Translations under genes and position numbers: made by a program | Notes under the pieces: generated by a model | The model's database searches: none | What the model was told of the DNA's origin: nothing | What the model saw: only the letters and a program-made list of their open reading frames with translations | NCBI RefSeq assembly: GCF_009914755.1 | Contig: NC_060945.1 | From: the human T2T-CHM13v2.0 reference genome, Homo sapiens | Reading direction: 5' to 3' (one strand) | DNA length: 64,000 nt | In this document: piece after piece, positions 1-15,988 of the stretch | Layout: each line of letters starts with the position of its first letter | Numbering within the stretch: position 1 is the first letter of the stretch

Positions 1-1234
1 GTGTGCTTATAAAGCTGCTCTGACTACTGTCCCCACTGATTTATACTTGTCACATACTGAGGGCTCAGTTGTGGCGCCAACTTTCTTTCATTATTATCTT
101 TATTTTAAAGTGATTTGTGTGGTGGATTAAAAAAATGCATTGCAGGAAGTCAAAAATTCTAAGTAATCTTAGTGTAATTTTGGAAACTAGTATGAAGAAT
201 AGAGCAAGAAAAAAATTGGTACTTGACTTCTAAATATGGGAGATAAGATAATCTAAACAAAAAATATATCTAATGTGCTTATGAAATAATGCATGTGGCA
301 GGAATATAGATATTACTACTTTTTCCTTATACACAGATATCATTATGTAGAATATATCCAAGATCATCGATGGCCACAAGGCTAGGCTGAGTGTGGTGAT
401 TAGTATCTGTTTGTATTCTCTATTTATGTCTTATTCTTCAGTTTACTTAATAAAGCTCAGAACTTTTAAATTGTTGCTAATAGCAGCCCAATTTTTTGAC
501 ATTGAAATCTCTCAGCTTTATAGCTTTATAAAGCTTTATAGGCTTATCTCTGTAAATGGCAGCTGTTTCACATTCTTGGAATTTCAACTTACGAAGGTCA
601 GTGTTAAGAACCCATTCCTACTGTCTGAAATTATTCAATCTATGTTAGAATAAGAGAGATCTGAAAAAAAGTTGACAGGTTAATTGTCTAGATTTCAAGG
701 TAGAAATCAGTCTACAAAAGTCCTGTTGCTGACATGATAGCTTCATTATTATTTGTGTTTGTGGGGTTTTTATTCATTTATGTAGAAGGAGATGATGTTT
801 AAGGACAGTAGCTGTCTCCATGTGCTCTTTGTTGGTGCTGGGAATTTCTTATCAGTGTGAGGTTGATTGTGAAGACATGTTTGAGGGAAAGCACAGGAAA
901 ACAAGCTCTTGACTGCCTTATCTTTCAGTGAGATCATGCCTCATAGAATATGTTGAGTCATTTCAACATCTTTAAGGGTTATCATTTGAGTGGTGATTCT
1001 AAGCACTGACTTGAGGTCAACTGGCTATAGGGGTAAAAAAAGTTTCATGTAGCAATACATGTAATAGTTTAGATAAATTATTAAGTGATGATGGACACAG
1101 AGTTCTACAGTTCTGAGTTTATGATAAAATATTCTAATAGGAAAAGTCTTCCCATTATCCGTGATGTTACCCAGGCCCATACCTAATGAGAATAATAATA
1201 TTTTTCATTGTATAGAAATTTCGTTATTCAACAC

Positions 1235-1330
1235 TATTTTCATCTTTCTTATCTGTTTTGTTACACACAACAACCCAGTGAGATAGTTAAAGGGAATTTC
1301 CTCATCTTTTATAGATGAAGAAAGTTCAAA
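1235..1330 (-). mobile_element. MIR fragment
   Basis: cacaacaacccagtgagatag...ttttatagatgaagaaa resembles the reverse strand of the MIR core. Confidence 0.55.
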
Positions 1331-1409
1331 ATATTCTACATACCTGACATTCTTGAATTGGTAAGATTCTACCACAATTAGATTGGCCCAAAAAAGGGCA
1401 ATGTGTTAT

Positions 1410-2350
1410 TCCATACGAGGGGAGACAGAAAATAAAGAAATAAATGCATAAATAAGATACTTTTAAGTAGTGGTACATATTATGATAAAAATGAAAGAGG
1501 GTAATTTAACCAAAAAGTAATCATTGGGCACCTCCAAACTATGTAAATAAAGCTGGCTGTAAGAGGGATTTAAGTTGAAACTGAGATTTTAATTGTATCA
1601 TGGAATTACCCGTGTGGAGATGACAAGAGAAATCAAGCATTGCAAAGCCACCCTGATACACTCAATAACCTGGAAAAAGGTCAATGTGGCTGCAGTGAGC
1701 AAAGTAAAAGTGGTATAATGTGTAATCAGACAGGCAGGTAGGGCCAGATCCTGTAGAGACTGGTCATTGTAAGAGGTGTATATTATAAGCGAAATGGAAA
1801 GCTGTTGAAGGTTCTAAGCAAGGAGACATCATTATCTATTTTGAATTTTTGGAAAAATCATGCTATTTGGATTTTGGAGCAGGAAGTCCAGTAAGGATCT
1901 ATGCGTAAACAAAACAGAGACCCAGGCTTGTGCTACAGCAATGATAGTGGGGAGTAGTGAACAGTTAGCATATACATTGTAGTAAAAGTGCCTGCAGATT
2001 TGCCTACAGATTAAAAGTGAGAATGAAGAGAAAAAAGGAATGAGGATTAATGACATTTAAGCATTTGGATAAATAACTGGGCAGATGATGATAATAACAT
2101 TTATCAAGGCAGGGGGAAATGGGTGAGTAGGTTACAAGGTCAAGTTGAAATGCTTGTTACAATTAAGTCAAAGTGCCACATAGGTAGGTGATGTACATTT
2201 CTGAAGTTCAGGCAAGAGGTTGTTATTAATGAGGGTCTCATTGGTGGATTGCATTTAAGACATGGGACATGAGATAAATGAGATTAGCCGGAGAAAGAGA
2301 GTACAGACAGAGAAAAGACACTGGGACACTGAGCCCCTCAGAATTTAGGG
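1410..2350 (-). mobile_element. L2 LINE, degraded 3' region
   Basis: Purine-rich L2-type phrases (ggggagacagaaaataaa, gggccagatcctgtagag, aatggaaagctgttgaaggttctaagca); boundaries approximate. Confidence 0.65.
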
Positions 2351-3026
2351 TTCCTACTGGAATGCTTTTAGAGATAAAATTACTACTGCTTCAATTTTTT
2401 CAACTTTTATTAATGGCTGTAATCCTAACAAATCATAGTACAGTTATTTCATACTCCATATGTATAAAATCCAAATTATTAACTTTTTAATACTTGTATT
2501 AGATGCCTCGTTCTTATCCTTCAGTTTTCATCTATATTTATTTGCTTTTCATGGCAAAGGAATTTCTTCTTGGCCATGAATGGCAAGGCAGAATGAAAAA
2601 TATTGGAATTTATAATAAGATGGTGCTTGGCACCAAACTTTCTTTTACTCATGACATAATTCAGTGACTACATTTTTTCCTGATAGAGAAAATACCCAAA
2701 AACCAAATACGGCTTCAAAATATGTAAAAATATTCTTTCTCTTATGATCCAGCAAGAAATAATTGTTTGATAAAATGAAATAACCTTTATGTGAAGCCCA
2801 TTAGGACAATTACAGTTACTAGGATAAATAATTTTGTAAATATATTTCAAATGTTTCCACTGTGTAAAGTAATTGAAACTTTTTATTGCAGGTTTAGAAG
2901 GTTCCGTTCTTTAAAAAAGAGCAGGCTCACACGCACCCAGAACAACAACAATACCAACAACACCACGTGCACACGGCACAAACATTTCACAAAAAAAAAA
3001 CAACAACGAAAAAAGAAGTAACTAAG

Positions 3027-3170
3027 GGACAGTCGTGGTGGCTCATGCCTGTAATTCCAGCACATTGGGGAGGCAATGTGGGAGGATTGAGTGAGCCCAG
3101 GTGTTCAAGACCAGTCTGGGCAACACAGTGAGACTCTGTCTCTATTAAAAATAATAATAATGATAAAATG
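3027..3170 (+). mobile_element. FLAM-C-type free left Alu monomer
   Basis: Single Alu arm (gtggtggctcatgcctgtaattccagcac...gagactctgtctct) with A-rich tail; TSD aaaaaga(a/g)gtaactaag at 3010-3026 and 3171-3187. Confidence 0.9.
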
Positions 3171-5359
3171 AAAAAGAGGTAACTAAGCTTTTGACCAAAG
3201 GGGCTTGAGAGGTCACATACTGCAAATGACTGAAATTATTCTCGTTAATTAGTATGTGAAAACCATCAGTCAGCGGATTAGGTTAGACCTAGAAAACGTC
3301 TTTAAATGGGAAATGTAGCACTGTACAAAATCCTTGTAAGACTTTGCTAATTTCTAAACTAAGAAGCCTTTTGAGCTGCATGTGGGACATATTTGGGTTA
3401 AACGGATTCAATTACAGTTCTCTTTGAAGACCAAGAGGCATATAATATGGCAAAAGAGTGAGGAAGTAGAAGTCAAAAATTATCAAAGTAATTGCAACTG
3501 CTTTAACATTAGCCTGGGATCTGAATTCAGAAACTTTGGGACCCATATAAGCCCCATAAGTAGCATACTTAATACTAAAGTAATATATACTGTATTTTAA
3601 GTTGAAGTGATTGTTTTATAGCTCTGTCCTATCAAGGACGTCTTTTTTCACCTTTTCTTACCCACACATCTAATTCTTAAGCTTTCCCCACGTTCTGACG
3701 AAAAAGAACTCTGTAAATTCAGCTCCATACAGGCTGTGAGACAGTGTGATTTTGTAGGGGGGACAGTGTGGCTCGGCATTTACAGCCTTTGGAAAAGTCT
3801 CTACACTATGCCAATGCTGCTAATGGCCATGTTTCAGGTCATAATTTATTGTGCAAAGGCCAGACAGAAACTCAAGGGAGGTCTCTTTTGCCTCAATGTT
3901 AATTTCTAACAAATGCAATAAACATTTCAAATTTTGAAGGAGGCAAACAAAATTCTGTTTCTTTGTATTTCTCCCACCACAAAATTTCAAGGTTGACTTG
4001 AAGTCATACAAGGTTAGTAATTTTCTGAGTGTTTTTTTTTTTCCTATTTTCTTAAGCATTTGCTATATAGTGAAATAACTTCCAAAGAACAGGATGTTCT
4101 CCACAGCTGAAGAACTGCTCTAGCTAGGCAAATACTCATATCGTCAATTACCATTTTAAAATATCTCAGAGAACACTCTTTGAAGTAATCCTTCCTCAAA
4201 TCCTATTTGAAACTGGATTCGTATAATGGGTAAGTGGGTAAACATTTTGTGGAATTAAATGAATGAAGGGGAAAATGAATTTTGTCACGTATAAAGTTGT
4301 TATCTTTAAAGGAATGCCTGAGTGTTACTTCTTCTCAAAATTCTGGGAAAACCAGATAGAGTATTGTTAACCAAGTAATTCCTAACTCATGGTTTGAAAG
4401 TCTGTGAGGGTTTATGAGAATTAGGGTTAAGTGAAGAAAGGCACTGAAACAGTTCAGTGGATACAAAAATGTGCTTTTTAGTCACCAAATTTTACATGTT
4501 TTTATTTATCCAATCTTTCCATTTCTCTTTACCTAATATTTTGCCTACTCTTCTTCATCACAAGGACCATGTGTTACAACAATTTTGAAATCTATTAAGC
4601 AACTCGCTAGTCATTTAGTGATTTGCTTTTGAATGAAGGATTAATATAATTATAAATCGAATACAAATTACTTTCAGTGTTATATACAATGTATTTATAT
4701 TACCGATAAAAATAATCCAAATATTCTCAGCCTTTCAAATTGGCATTAATACAGGAATGGTATTTTAAAAATCCCACTTAATCCAAATTACTTAAAAAAC
4801 AACTCTGTTTTCTACAGTAATTCTGCTCTGGAAGTAGATGATGTAAGGATGAATTTGTAGCACTTATTGATATAAAAATAATTAAACCAGTAAAATATAA
4901 TCATCTCATTCATTATCTGCACTGCTTGGCGTATGATAAGGCACTAACAATGGATTCCTAGCAAATGGATTGCAGTTAAATAAATGTAGACCATCCAAAT
5001 AATCAAATATTACAGTGCACATCTTGGATTTAGATGTAATATATTAACAATTTGCAGCTTATAAAATTCGGAGATGTGAGAAGGGTTTGGAGGCATTGTC
5101 CCGTTTCTTTGTTGGATGTACTCCACACCCAGCTTGCCCAACACTGAACTTAGATACCCGAGATGATAAGATAAGGAATGTTTTAAAAACATGTATCCCA
5201 TCTGACCTTAAATCTTAGAAGGAAACGTCAGGATTTCCTCTTTATATATTCCTTTCTCTATTTTTCCCTTCCCTCATTTCTTCACGTTTGCTTTCCTTGC
5301 TTTGGAACAATTTCAAATATAAACTAATTTTTGATGATTTTTCTAGGATTATTTAATTT

Positions 5360-5625
5360 TTGGTAGGAGATGTAATTGTGGTTACGAAAAAGAACGTACT
5401 ATTTTTAGGCTATGGATGTTAAATTTTTTAGAGACATAGGGATATTTGTGTGCAATAGATTTTCAAAGGTTTTCAAAAGTACATGCAAATATGCACACAT
5501 AGACACACAGAGCAAATTTGTTAAAGTGTTAATAGATTTCAGTTCTAGGTAGGGAGCATGTTGGTGTTTTTTTCTAAGTTTCTTCCCACTCTTTTGTATT
5601 TTTGACATTTTTTATTATAAAAAGA
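5360..5625 (+). mobile_element. Old L1 (L1ME-type) 3' end
   Basis: gcaaatttgttaaagtgttaatag...tctaggtagggagcatgttggtgtt resembles the L1ME 3' terminus. Confidence 0.55.
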
Positions 5626-5644
5626 TGGAAAAAGACATAGACCC

Positions 5645-6052
5645 TATGACAATCAATTCTATGTCAACTTGGCAGGGTTCTAGTAGCAATTTTTAATCAA
5701 ACACCAATCTAGGTGTTGCTATGAAGATATTTTGTAGATGTGATTAAGGTCTATCATCAGTTGACTTTAAGTAAAGGAGATTATCCTAGGTTATCTGGAT
5801 GGGCCTGATTCAGTCAGTTAAAAGGCTTAGTACCAGAACTGAGGTTTCCCTGAATAATAATAAGTCCTGCCTGTGGAATGAAGCTTTAGTTCATGCTCTA
5901 GAATTTCAGTCTCCTTTCTTGAAGGTCTGCCCTACGGGCTTTGGACTTGCCTAATCAGCCTCCACGATCATATAAGCCCACTCACGGAAATAAATCCTTT
6001 AACATATAGCTCCTACTGGTTCTGGTCCCCTGATTGAAACTTGACTGATACA
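5645..6052 (+). mobile_element. MLT2C/D-type ERVL solo LTR
   Basis: atgtcaacttggc...aatctaggtgttgctatgaag...cagttgactttaagtaaaggagatta...gactgataca; 5-bp flanks gaccc/taccc. Confidence 0.85.
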
Positions 6053-6098
6053 TACCCTTTCATCCAAAAGCTTCCTGTAGAGTTGACAGGCCATATGA

Positions 6099-6510
<412 letters not shown>

Positions 6511-8739
6511 AGGAAGTTATTTTTATATATATTTAAAACTAAATTGGTCCATTGACCTAAGAAAGTTAGGTGTAGGTATTAGATACAGGGACTAAAAATA
6601 TTTGAAGAGGGTCACATGACTTTATTGAATATCATTTTGCGATGGGGTTTTCTAACAAACAGTCAATTAAACAGTGTGGAGTGCATTATGGGCAAGAAGT
6701 TGTCTTAGCACTCTTAGGGAAACAGTCAAAACATTGGATTTATATGTTTTGTGAATGTATTTACCATTCAATTAATGTTCTATGCAGAGGATACTTAAGG
6801 TTTGCATTCCTCATGTAGATGATAGAACTACTTGTCAAATAAGATTACTTTTTCATGCTTTTAGTACAATTTAAATTTTCCTAGCATGACAGATAATCCA
6901 CAAAATCCATCTACTAATTTACACATAAATTATCTATAGAGATTGCAGATCTACAAGTAGAACATAAATTGTTTAAAATCAATGATACAGTCATCGGCAA
7001 GCAACTTTATTCCAGGATATCCCATTTTACTCCAAAGCAGCAAGAGTGAAATGGCAACGGGGAAGTGTACAGGGTGGTGGTGGAGAATGGAATGAAGAAA
7101 AAAAAGGCAAGGAATTTTGGCTGCGCCCTGAATAGTAGCATCATCAACCTCTAAATAATCAACAATCTGGATAAATGATTTAGCATCTGACATACTTATT
7201 TTGTCAATCCAAGTCATTTGATCTTGTCATGCCCTTTGTGGCATTCAATATATGGCCTTCAATATATCGCCTCTACTTCTTGTCTTTAAACAACTGCTAC
7301 TGTGAATGTAAATTTCTAACCAAAGCCTGGTGAGATTGTTTTAATGACATGAACACAAGCTGCGTTTATGAAGGAAGCCTAAACATTCAGATGTCTTTTA
7401 TTTTAGTCAAGAAGTTAAATGAAAATCGAGAGAACAATTTATTGGCAAAAGGTTTGTTTTGTCTAACCTATATGCAAAATAACCCACAATTTTGTTTTTA
7501 TTCACCCATTGTTCAATCATAGGAAACTTTCATGGGAACCTAAAGCAAAAATTGCTGAACTATATATGTGGAAAATCAACCAACATGAATACAAAATGCC
7601 AAAATAAATAAAAATGGTTTTGTGAATACCCTCTATCAGAAGAACAGTTTCTGAAGGGAAAAACAGTGTAGAAAAGCATTAAACAAGGAGAAGTATAATT
7701 TTTGCTGGTATTTAGCAATCTAGGTTCAGTTCTTTAGAAGGACAGATCACAGATTGATTTTGGAAATCTGCTCAAGCTTAGAGGCTGGCTAAAGCTTTCC
7801 TGCTTTTACAATTTTAGATGCTTAGAAAAGGCATTTTCAAGACAACACTCGGAGCCTATGAGAGAGAATAACACACTCAAAGTGTTTCCAAACTGAATGG
7901 ATTTAATAACCTATGCTTTTACAGAACAATAACTTTAAAAATGTCCCAATCTTTCTCGAAAACACCATGCTGCATTAACTACTTGAGGGGATTTTCTTGA
8001 AGAGCAACGACAACAATAAACAACATTTTTGGTTCAAGAAGATCCCTTTTCCTTATTTCCTTCTTAGGTTTTAATATAAAAGCTAAACCATAATAATCTT
8101 TTTCTTTTTCATATATTTTACAGAATCCAATGCATATCAACTTATTAAAGCATTATAATGCACAAGTGCTCCCAAGTGTTACTGTTTCCTGTCGTTTTCT
8201 CCTCCCAAGGTTGGTCAGAGAGGCACATTTAACGTGCTGCAGATCATTACTTTATCTATAAAGACTTCTCCCATGGGTGTGAGGCAGAAGAAGTAATTGT
8301 TGAAGTCGGGAATTGTATGTGTTCCCCACCCTTGTGATTAACTCAAACGAGAAGGGATGTGGCAAGAGCAGAGCCTGGAAAACTCAAATTTGAGATAGAA
8401 ACCATGCTCTTGTTTTTCTCAACTGATTATGTTCAACAGTGCCAAATAAATAATTCTGCAAATTGGGAAGGGTGACTAGGAAAGCAGAGTGGGAAACAAC
8501 AGCAAAAAGAAGGAAAATCTCTATTTCTCAAAGACTCTTTTTGTAATTTAAAATGTTATTAGAGTGCCATAAAATAAGTATTTCTGTTAATGTTTTTGCC
8601 TGATGAATATATGTGTCTTCTTTTTTTAATGTTTAAAATTATTTTACCTTTCTATGAAAATATTTAATTAAGGTGTATTATGTATTTGTAATTAAATCCA
8701 ACAAAACTTAGATGATAATTTTAATGAATTAATTACAAA

Positions 8740-9050
8740 GTAAGAGAGTCATTAGGGAGTGCCTTCTAAGACATTTGCCAGCATTCATGGCCCTTTCCCC
8801 TGGATGCTGGTAGCATCACCTCTTTGATTGTGATAATCATAACATCCCCAGAGATTGGCAAGTGTGTCCTACAGGGCCACATTTCTCCCCCTACAGCAAA
8901 CTGAGCTTTAAGGAAACAAAGCAATGGCAGTTAGGAAAACAAACAAACAAAAACACTAAAAAATGATATAACTATAGAGAAATAACACAAATAAAGTCAA
9001 TCTTAGAAGGTAATAGAGTGAAGAAAGACAAAAAGAAGGATGGGTGAAGA
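8740..9050 (+). repeat. Local duplication A, copy 1 (contains a MER20 fragment on the minus strand, about 8757-8905)
   Basis: Aligns end to end with 10145-10745 once the Alu is removed; ggatgctggtagca...gattggcaagtgt is MER20-like. Confidence 0.9.
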
Positions 9051-9727
9051 AATGGGTTTGGGGAGAGTAAATGTATAACTGAAGGACTCAATATTTCCCC
9101 CAAAAAGTAAGAGCAGAACAGCTATGAAATGTGAGAGAGTGGTTTGATGCTAGCAGATTTTTAGGAGTTTGATAGAGGATATGATTTAGCTTTTGCAAAA
9201 ATAACTTGCCAAGGAATATTGAGGAGCAGCTGAGGTTGAATAATAAGCTGAAGTGGTGCCAATCAGCAAGCTGATGAAATATTCCCCAACAATGTTCAAC
9301 CTCAAGGGAATCAATAAATAGAAAACAAATGGTGAGACAGATCAGCGTTTGAGGTTTTAACAGGGCAGGCGTGGTTCTGGAATTAGATGGAAAGAAAGAG
9401 ATCCCAGGATAGAATGTAGGTAAAATGATTGGTGATTAGATCCAGGCTGGGTTATCAGGAAGAGAATCAGTGATAATGGAAAAACTGGGAAAAAAAGCCA
9501 GAGAATTATTAAGTGTTTGGAGGCTTTGATAAATTACAAAAATATGCTTCATGTAACTAATGAAGTGGGACAAGTAAAACTCTAAAAAATGTAGTTATTA
9601 AGAGGGCTGGGTGCATGTATATTAATCCAAGGAACAGATCCCTCCTATTGGAAATATACAAACAGTCTCTGTGTATTGCATATATACTGACTTGAGTGTT
9701 TAGACACTCCCCTTACCAATATCTGTT

Positions 9728-9731
9728 TGTA

Positions 9732-9771
<40 letters not shown>

Positions 9772-9783
9772 CACATACATATA
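9728..9783. repeat. Compound (TG)n(TA)n microsatellite
   Basis: About 11 TG units then about 9 TA units, read directly. Confidence 0.97.
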
Positions 9784-10144
9784 TTAAATAAATCTATCTT
9801 TTATATATTTATCTGTCTAACTCTAATTAATATTTGAGAGTTTTGTTAATTTTTTTTAAATCATTGACTTCTTACATCATGGTGAAGGAAAGTAAATGTG
9901 TGTATGTAATCTATGTTAATCAAGTAGGACTAATTAGAGCTAACAGAGAGTTTATTTTTGTCTTATTGTCTCTTTAAACTTGTACAGAGGATAAATTTTT
10001 TTCTCTACCACTAGATAAAAGTGGGGGGAGGATGCTATAATTTCTGGTCATTTTTAGATGGTATAAAATACATGGTCACTTTAAGTGGCAAACACAGTCT
10101 CATGTTTTCAGCAAATTAAAATGTCCGGTCATAGATATCATAAG

Positions 10145-10749
<605 letters not shown>

Positions 10750-11655
10750 TTATTTGAATCTCTATTTGAGATAATTTGCCTTTCTATTCCTCTGTCAGCT
10801 AGGATCAGCCTTAGGAGGGCTGTGGCTGTCAGAAAAATTAATTGGAGTGGGCTTCACTATTCTTGTCACTCAATCCTAACCCTGCTGATAGATGCTACTT
10901 CTAATCCCTAAGGATGGTATGAAACGAGAGAAGATGCAAAAGGAGGCAGAGAGCATTCCTCCTTGCCTGGCACTACTGCATGCAGCCTTCATATGTCCTG
11001 TATCTAGCAGGTATTTAAAGCTGTGGCTTCTCTTGCAAGGTATTTTGTGAGTTCTTTAAAGGCAACTAGTTGGTTTCCTTAGACTATAGCTTCCATGATG
11101 TAGGTGATGACTCTCTGTTGCCTTGCCAATGTTGATCTGCTTTAGCTTTCTCCACCAGGAGCCACTTACTGTTGTAATCTTGGGACTATAGGATGCTGCC
11201 CCTCTGGGTAGGGATCATTTTGGATGACCTCGTGGCTAATGTTCCTTCTGTAGGTGTCACATCCAGTCACTGGGATGCATGCATTTTGACCTGCCTGTCA
11301 CCAGCTGGAAGTGCAGTTCCTTTCCAGCTGCAGCTCCCTACTCTGCTGCCAAGAATACGTCTTCTTCCTCTGGCATGAGTCAACCATCTGTTTCCCACTG
11401 GAGGGAATACATGTCGAGCTTTCTGAGTGTGCCTATTCAAACCCCTCTACTAGAATTGGGATGAGGAAGCAATGCCTGCGCCCCAAGCCTTTGTGGGAAA
11501 GGATAGTGAGAGTCCCAGCACAGCAGTCCTCTTCCCAAAATCCCACTTTGGACTCTGCAATTACCCGCATCCTCTCGACCTTTAAATTGGAGTAAGAAGC
11601 TTCTGGATGAGGAACCCAAGTACTGTGTAATGGGTTCTCATGTATTTTCATTGAA
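10750..11655. mobile_element. Probable ancient LTR-like element (family uncertain, possibly LTR78-like)
   Basis: Abrupt GC-richer block with phrases I associate with old LTRs; weak recognition only. Confidence 0.3.
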
Positions 11656-11669
11656 CACTTAATTATAAG

Positions 11670-12520
11670 TTTTCACCCTGCTTCTGAGTTCACCTATTTT
11701 GAATTCCACATATAAGTGAGGTCATGTGGTATTTGTCTTTCTGTGCTTGGCTTATTTCACTTAACATAATGTCTTGCAGGTTCATCTATGTTGCCACACA
11801 CAGTAAGATTTCCTGTTTTTTAAAGGTTGAATAATATTCCATTGCATATGTGTACCACATTTTCTTTATGCATTTATCTGTTGATGAAGAACACAGCTTG
11901 ATTCCACACCTTGGCTTTTGTGAATAGTGCTGCAATAAAGGTGGGAGTGTAGATATCTCTTCAATATGCTGATTTAATTTCCTTTGGATACACTGTACAC
12001 CCATTAGTGGGATTACCGGATCATATAGCAGTTCTATTTTTAATCTTTTGAGAAACCTCCATACTGTTGTTCATAACAGCATTCTCAGAAAAAATGTACA
12101 AGGGTTCCCATTCCTCCACTTTCTCACCAACACTAATGTTTCATGGTTTTGATAGTAGCATTTTAACAGCTGTAAGGTGATATTTCTTTGTGGTTTTAAT
12201 ATGCATTTCTCCGAGGATTGGTGATGTTGACTTTTTTTTCATATGCTTGTTGGTCATCTGTATATCTTCTTTTGAGAAATGTCTATTCAGTTCTTTTGCC
12301 ACTTTTCTAATTGGGTTATTTTAATTCTCACTATTGAGGCATTTGAGTTCCTTACATTTTGGATATGAACCCTCATCAGATGTATGGCTTACAAATATTT
12401 TCTCCTATTCTCTGCATTGTCTCTTTGCTCTATTGACTGTTTCCTTTGCTGTCCAGATGTTTTTGGTTGATGGAATTCCATTTGTCTATTTTTATTTTTG
12501 TTGCCTATACCTTTGAGTTA
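11670..12520 (-). mobile_element. L1MA-type ORF2 end/3' UTR segment
   Basis: ttccacatataagtgaggtcatgtggtatttgtctttctgtgc; the minus ORF gives TDKCIKKMWYTYAMEYYS (L1 ORF2 C-terminus). Confidence 0.9.
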
Positions 12521-12554
12521 GTCTTGTTTTTTAATATTTGCCCCTTCTAAGATT

Positions 12555-12732
12555 TGTGGAGAAAGAAATGTTGAATGTTTTCAGCATAAAGAAATGCTAA
12601 ATATTTGAGGTGATTAATAGGCTAATTACCCTGATTTGATCATTATACACTGTATACATGTATAGAAATATCACTCTGTACCATAAACATGTGTACAATT
12701 ATTATGTGACAACTAAAAATAAAGTAAAATAC
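12555..12732 (+). mobile_element. L1MA-type 3' terminus
   Basis: gctaattaccctgatttgatcattatacactgtatacatgta...aattattatgtgacaactaaaaataaa. Confidence 0.88.
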
Positions 12733-12889
12733 TTTTAAAAGGTAAATTAATGATAATTATGGGTTTGACTATTTGAGGACTATTGAGGAAGAATGTCAGA
12801 GAGCCCTATGCTCTTATCACTTAATAGAAGAATTTTAAAACTTAGATGCTATAATAGATAGTTTAAAAATATCTAACAACTTTTAAAAA

Positions 12890-13330
12890 CACAGACTATA
12901 ATGTTTTAATTAAATTTATATACTCAAAATTCTATTCCTCAGAATCTATATTATAGGAGTAAAGTAATTGTATGAAAAGATAAATGTTGGAAGATATTTA
13001 TTTTAGCATTGTTCATTGCGGCAAAACAATAAATAAAATGATTGCTCACTCATTTATAACAGGAATATTGAATAAATTTCAGCGCATTCTGAGCATGAAG
13101 CCATTTCAAAAGCATACATTAACACGATAGCAGTTGAATTATAGGCATTTCCATAATATATTATTGGCTGATAAATACAAGTTTCAGAAAAGTATAAAAA
13201 CATAATCTTGATTTGGTTTAATCATAAAAAATATGTTTTGTATTTTTTGTTGTTTTCTTACTAAAAATCTATTTGGAAATGTTAATAAAAATAGTATTAT
13301 GCTTGTGAGGGCATTTACATAGTCTAAAAT
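12890..13330 (+). mobile_element. Old L1ME-type fragment
   Basis: aaattctattcctcagaatctat...agatatttattttagcattgttcattgcggcaaaa; highly degraded. Confidence 0.5.
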
Positions 13331-13779
13331 GTATTATTTCCCTTGTCAAAACACATTTCTCAGTTTGATTTCATGGTTTGGGTTGGATAGTAATCAGTAA
13401 TTTCATGATGATCATTTTTAGCGTGATGATGTGAGATTCTAATACAGAGATAAGCCAATTTTCTTTGCTTGAAGTCCACTTTGTCCAAGATACATCGCTA
13501 ATCCAGCTTTATTTTGACTATTATTTGCATGAACATGATATACCTTTCTCCATCTGACAATCTGCCTTTCATTTGATATGTTTAACCGTTTATATTTAAT
13601 ATAATTATTAAAATGTTTGGATTTAAAACTGCCATTTTAATATTTATTTTATAATTGTTCCCTCTGTTATTTATTCCAGTTTTTCCCCTACTGTGTCCTC
13701 TTTTGTATCATTTAAACTTTACTTTTCATTCAGTTTTAATTTATTAATTGTGTATTCATTTATTTATTGTATATTTATT

Positions 13780-14045
13780 TATTTATTTTGAGGCAGAGTC
13801 TTGCTCTGTGGCCTTGGCTCACTGCAAGCTCCGCCTCCTGGGTTCACGCCATTCTCCTGCCTCAGCCTCCCTAGTAGCTGAGACTACAGGCACCGGCCAC
13901 CACGCCTGGCTAATTTTTTTGATTTTTTTAGTAGAGACGGGGTTTCACCTTGTTACCAGGATGGTCTCGATCTCCTGACCTTGTGATCCACCCGCCTTGG
14001 CCTCCCAAATTGCTGGGATTACAGGCGTGAGCCACCGGTCCGGCT
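13780..14045 (-). mobile_element. AluY with an internal deletion of about 25 bp
   Basis: gcaagctccgcctcctgggttcacgccattctcc is AluY-diagnostic; caggctggagtgcagtggcgcgatc is missing near 13813. Confidence 0.93.
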
Positions 14046-14337
<292 letters not shown>

Positions 14338-14409
14338 TTAATTGTGTTTTTAATAATGTACTTTGTCTTTTTGTGGTTATTTTTAACATTTGTTTGAGGA
14401 ATTACAGTA

Positions 14410-15225
<816 letters not shown>

Positions 15226-15539
15226 AATATACATTATACTTATATTTGTAATGCCCAACTAAAATCAGTATTTCACCACTGCATGTGGAATTCAGAAAGC
15301 TTACCAGCCTTTGGGTCTCTATCCTCCTTTATTTTGAGTTGTCTTACGTATTACAACTACGTAGAACTAAAATACTATCAACAATGTTATAATTTTCTTT
15401 CCACTCTCAAACATGTTTTAAACACTCCAGAGGAAAATGATAGTCTATAACATTTACTCAATAGTACCATTTATGTTGCTCTACTTTCATTACTAACGTT
15501 TCAAATTTCCCTCTGGTATTCTGTCTAAAGGTCTTTGAA

Positions 15540-15840
<301 letters not shown>

Positions 15841-15988
15841 GTCCTTTAATGATTCTCTTTGTAAAGATCTGCTAGCAATTAATTTTCTTAATTTCATTAT
15901 TTAACTTTCATTTTTTAAAGATAGTTTCACTACATAGATAAAGTCTGGGTTGATAATCTTTCTTTTTAGAACTTAAAAATATTGCTCC

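Noticed and set aside
514-540. agctttat repeated three times
   Set aside because: Ordinary short slippage repeat.
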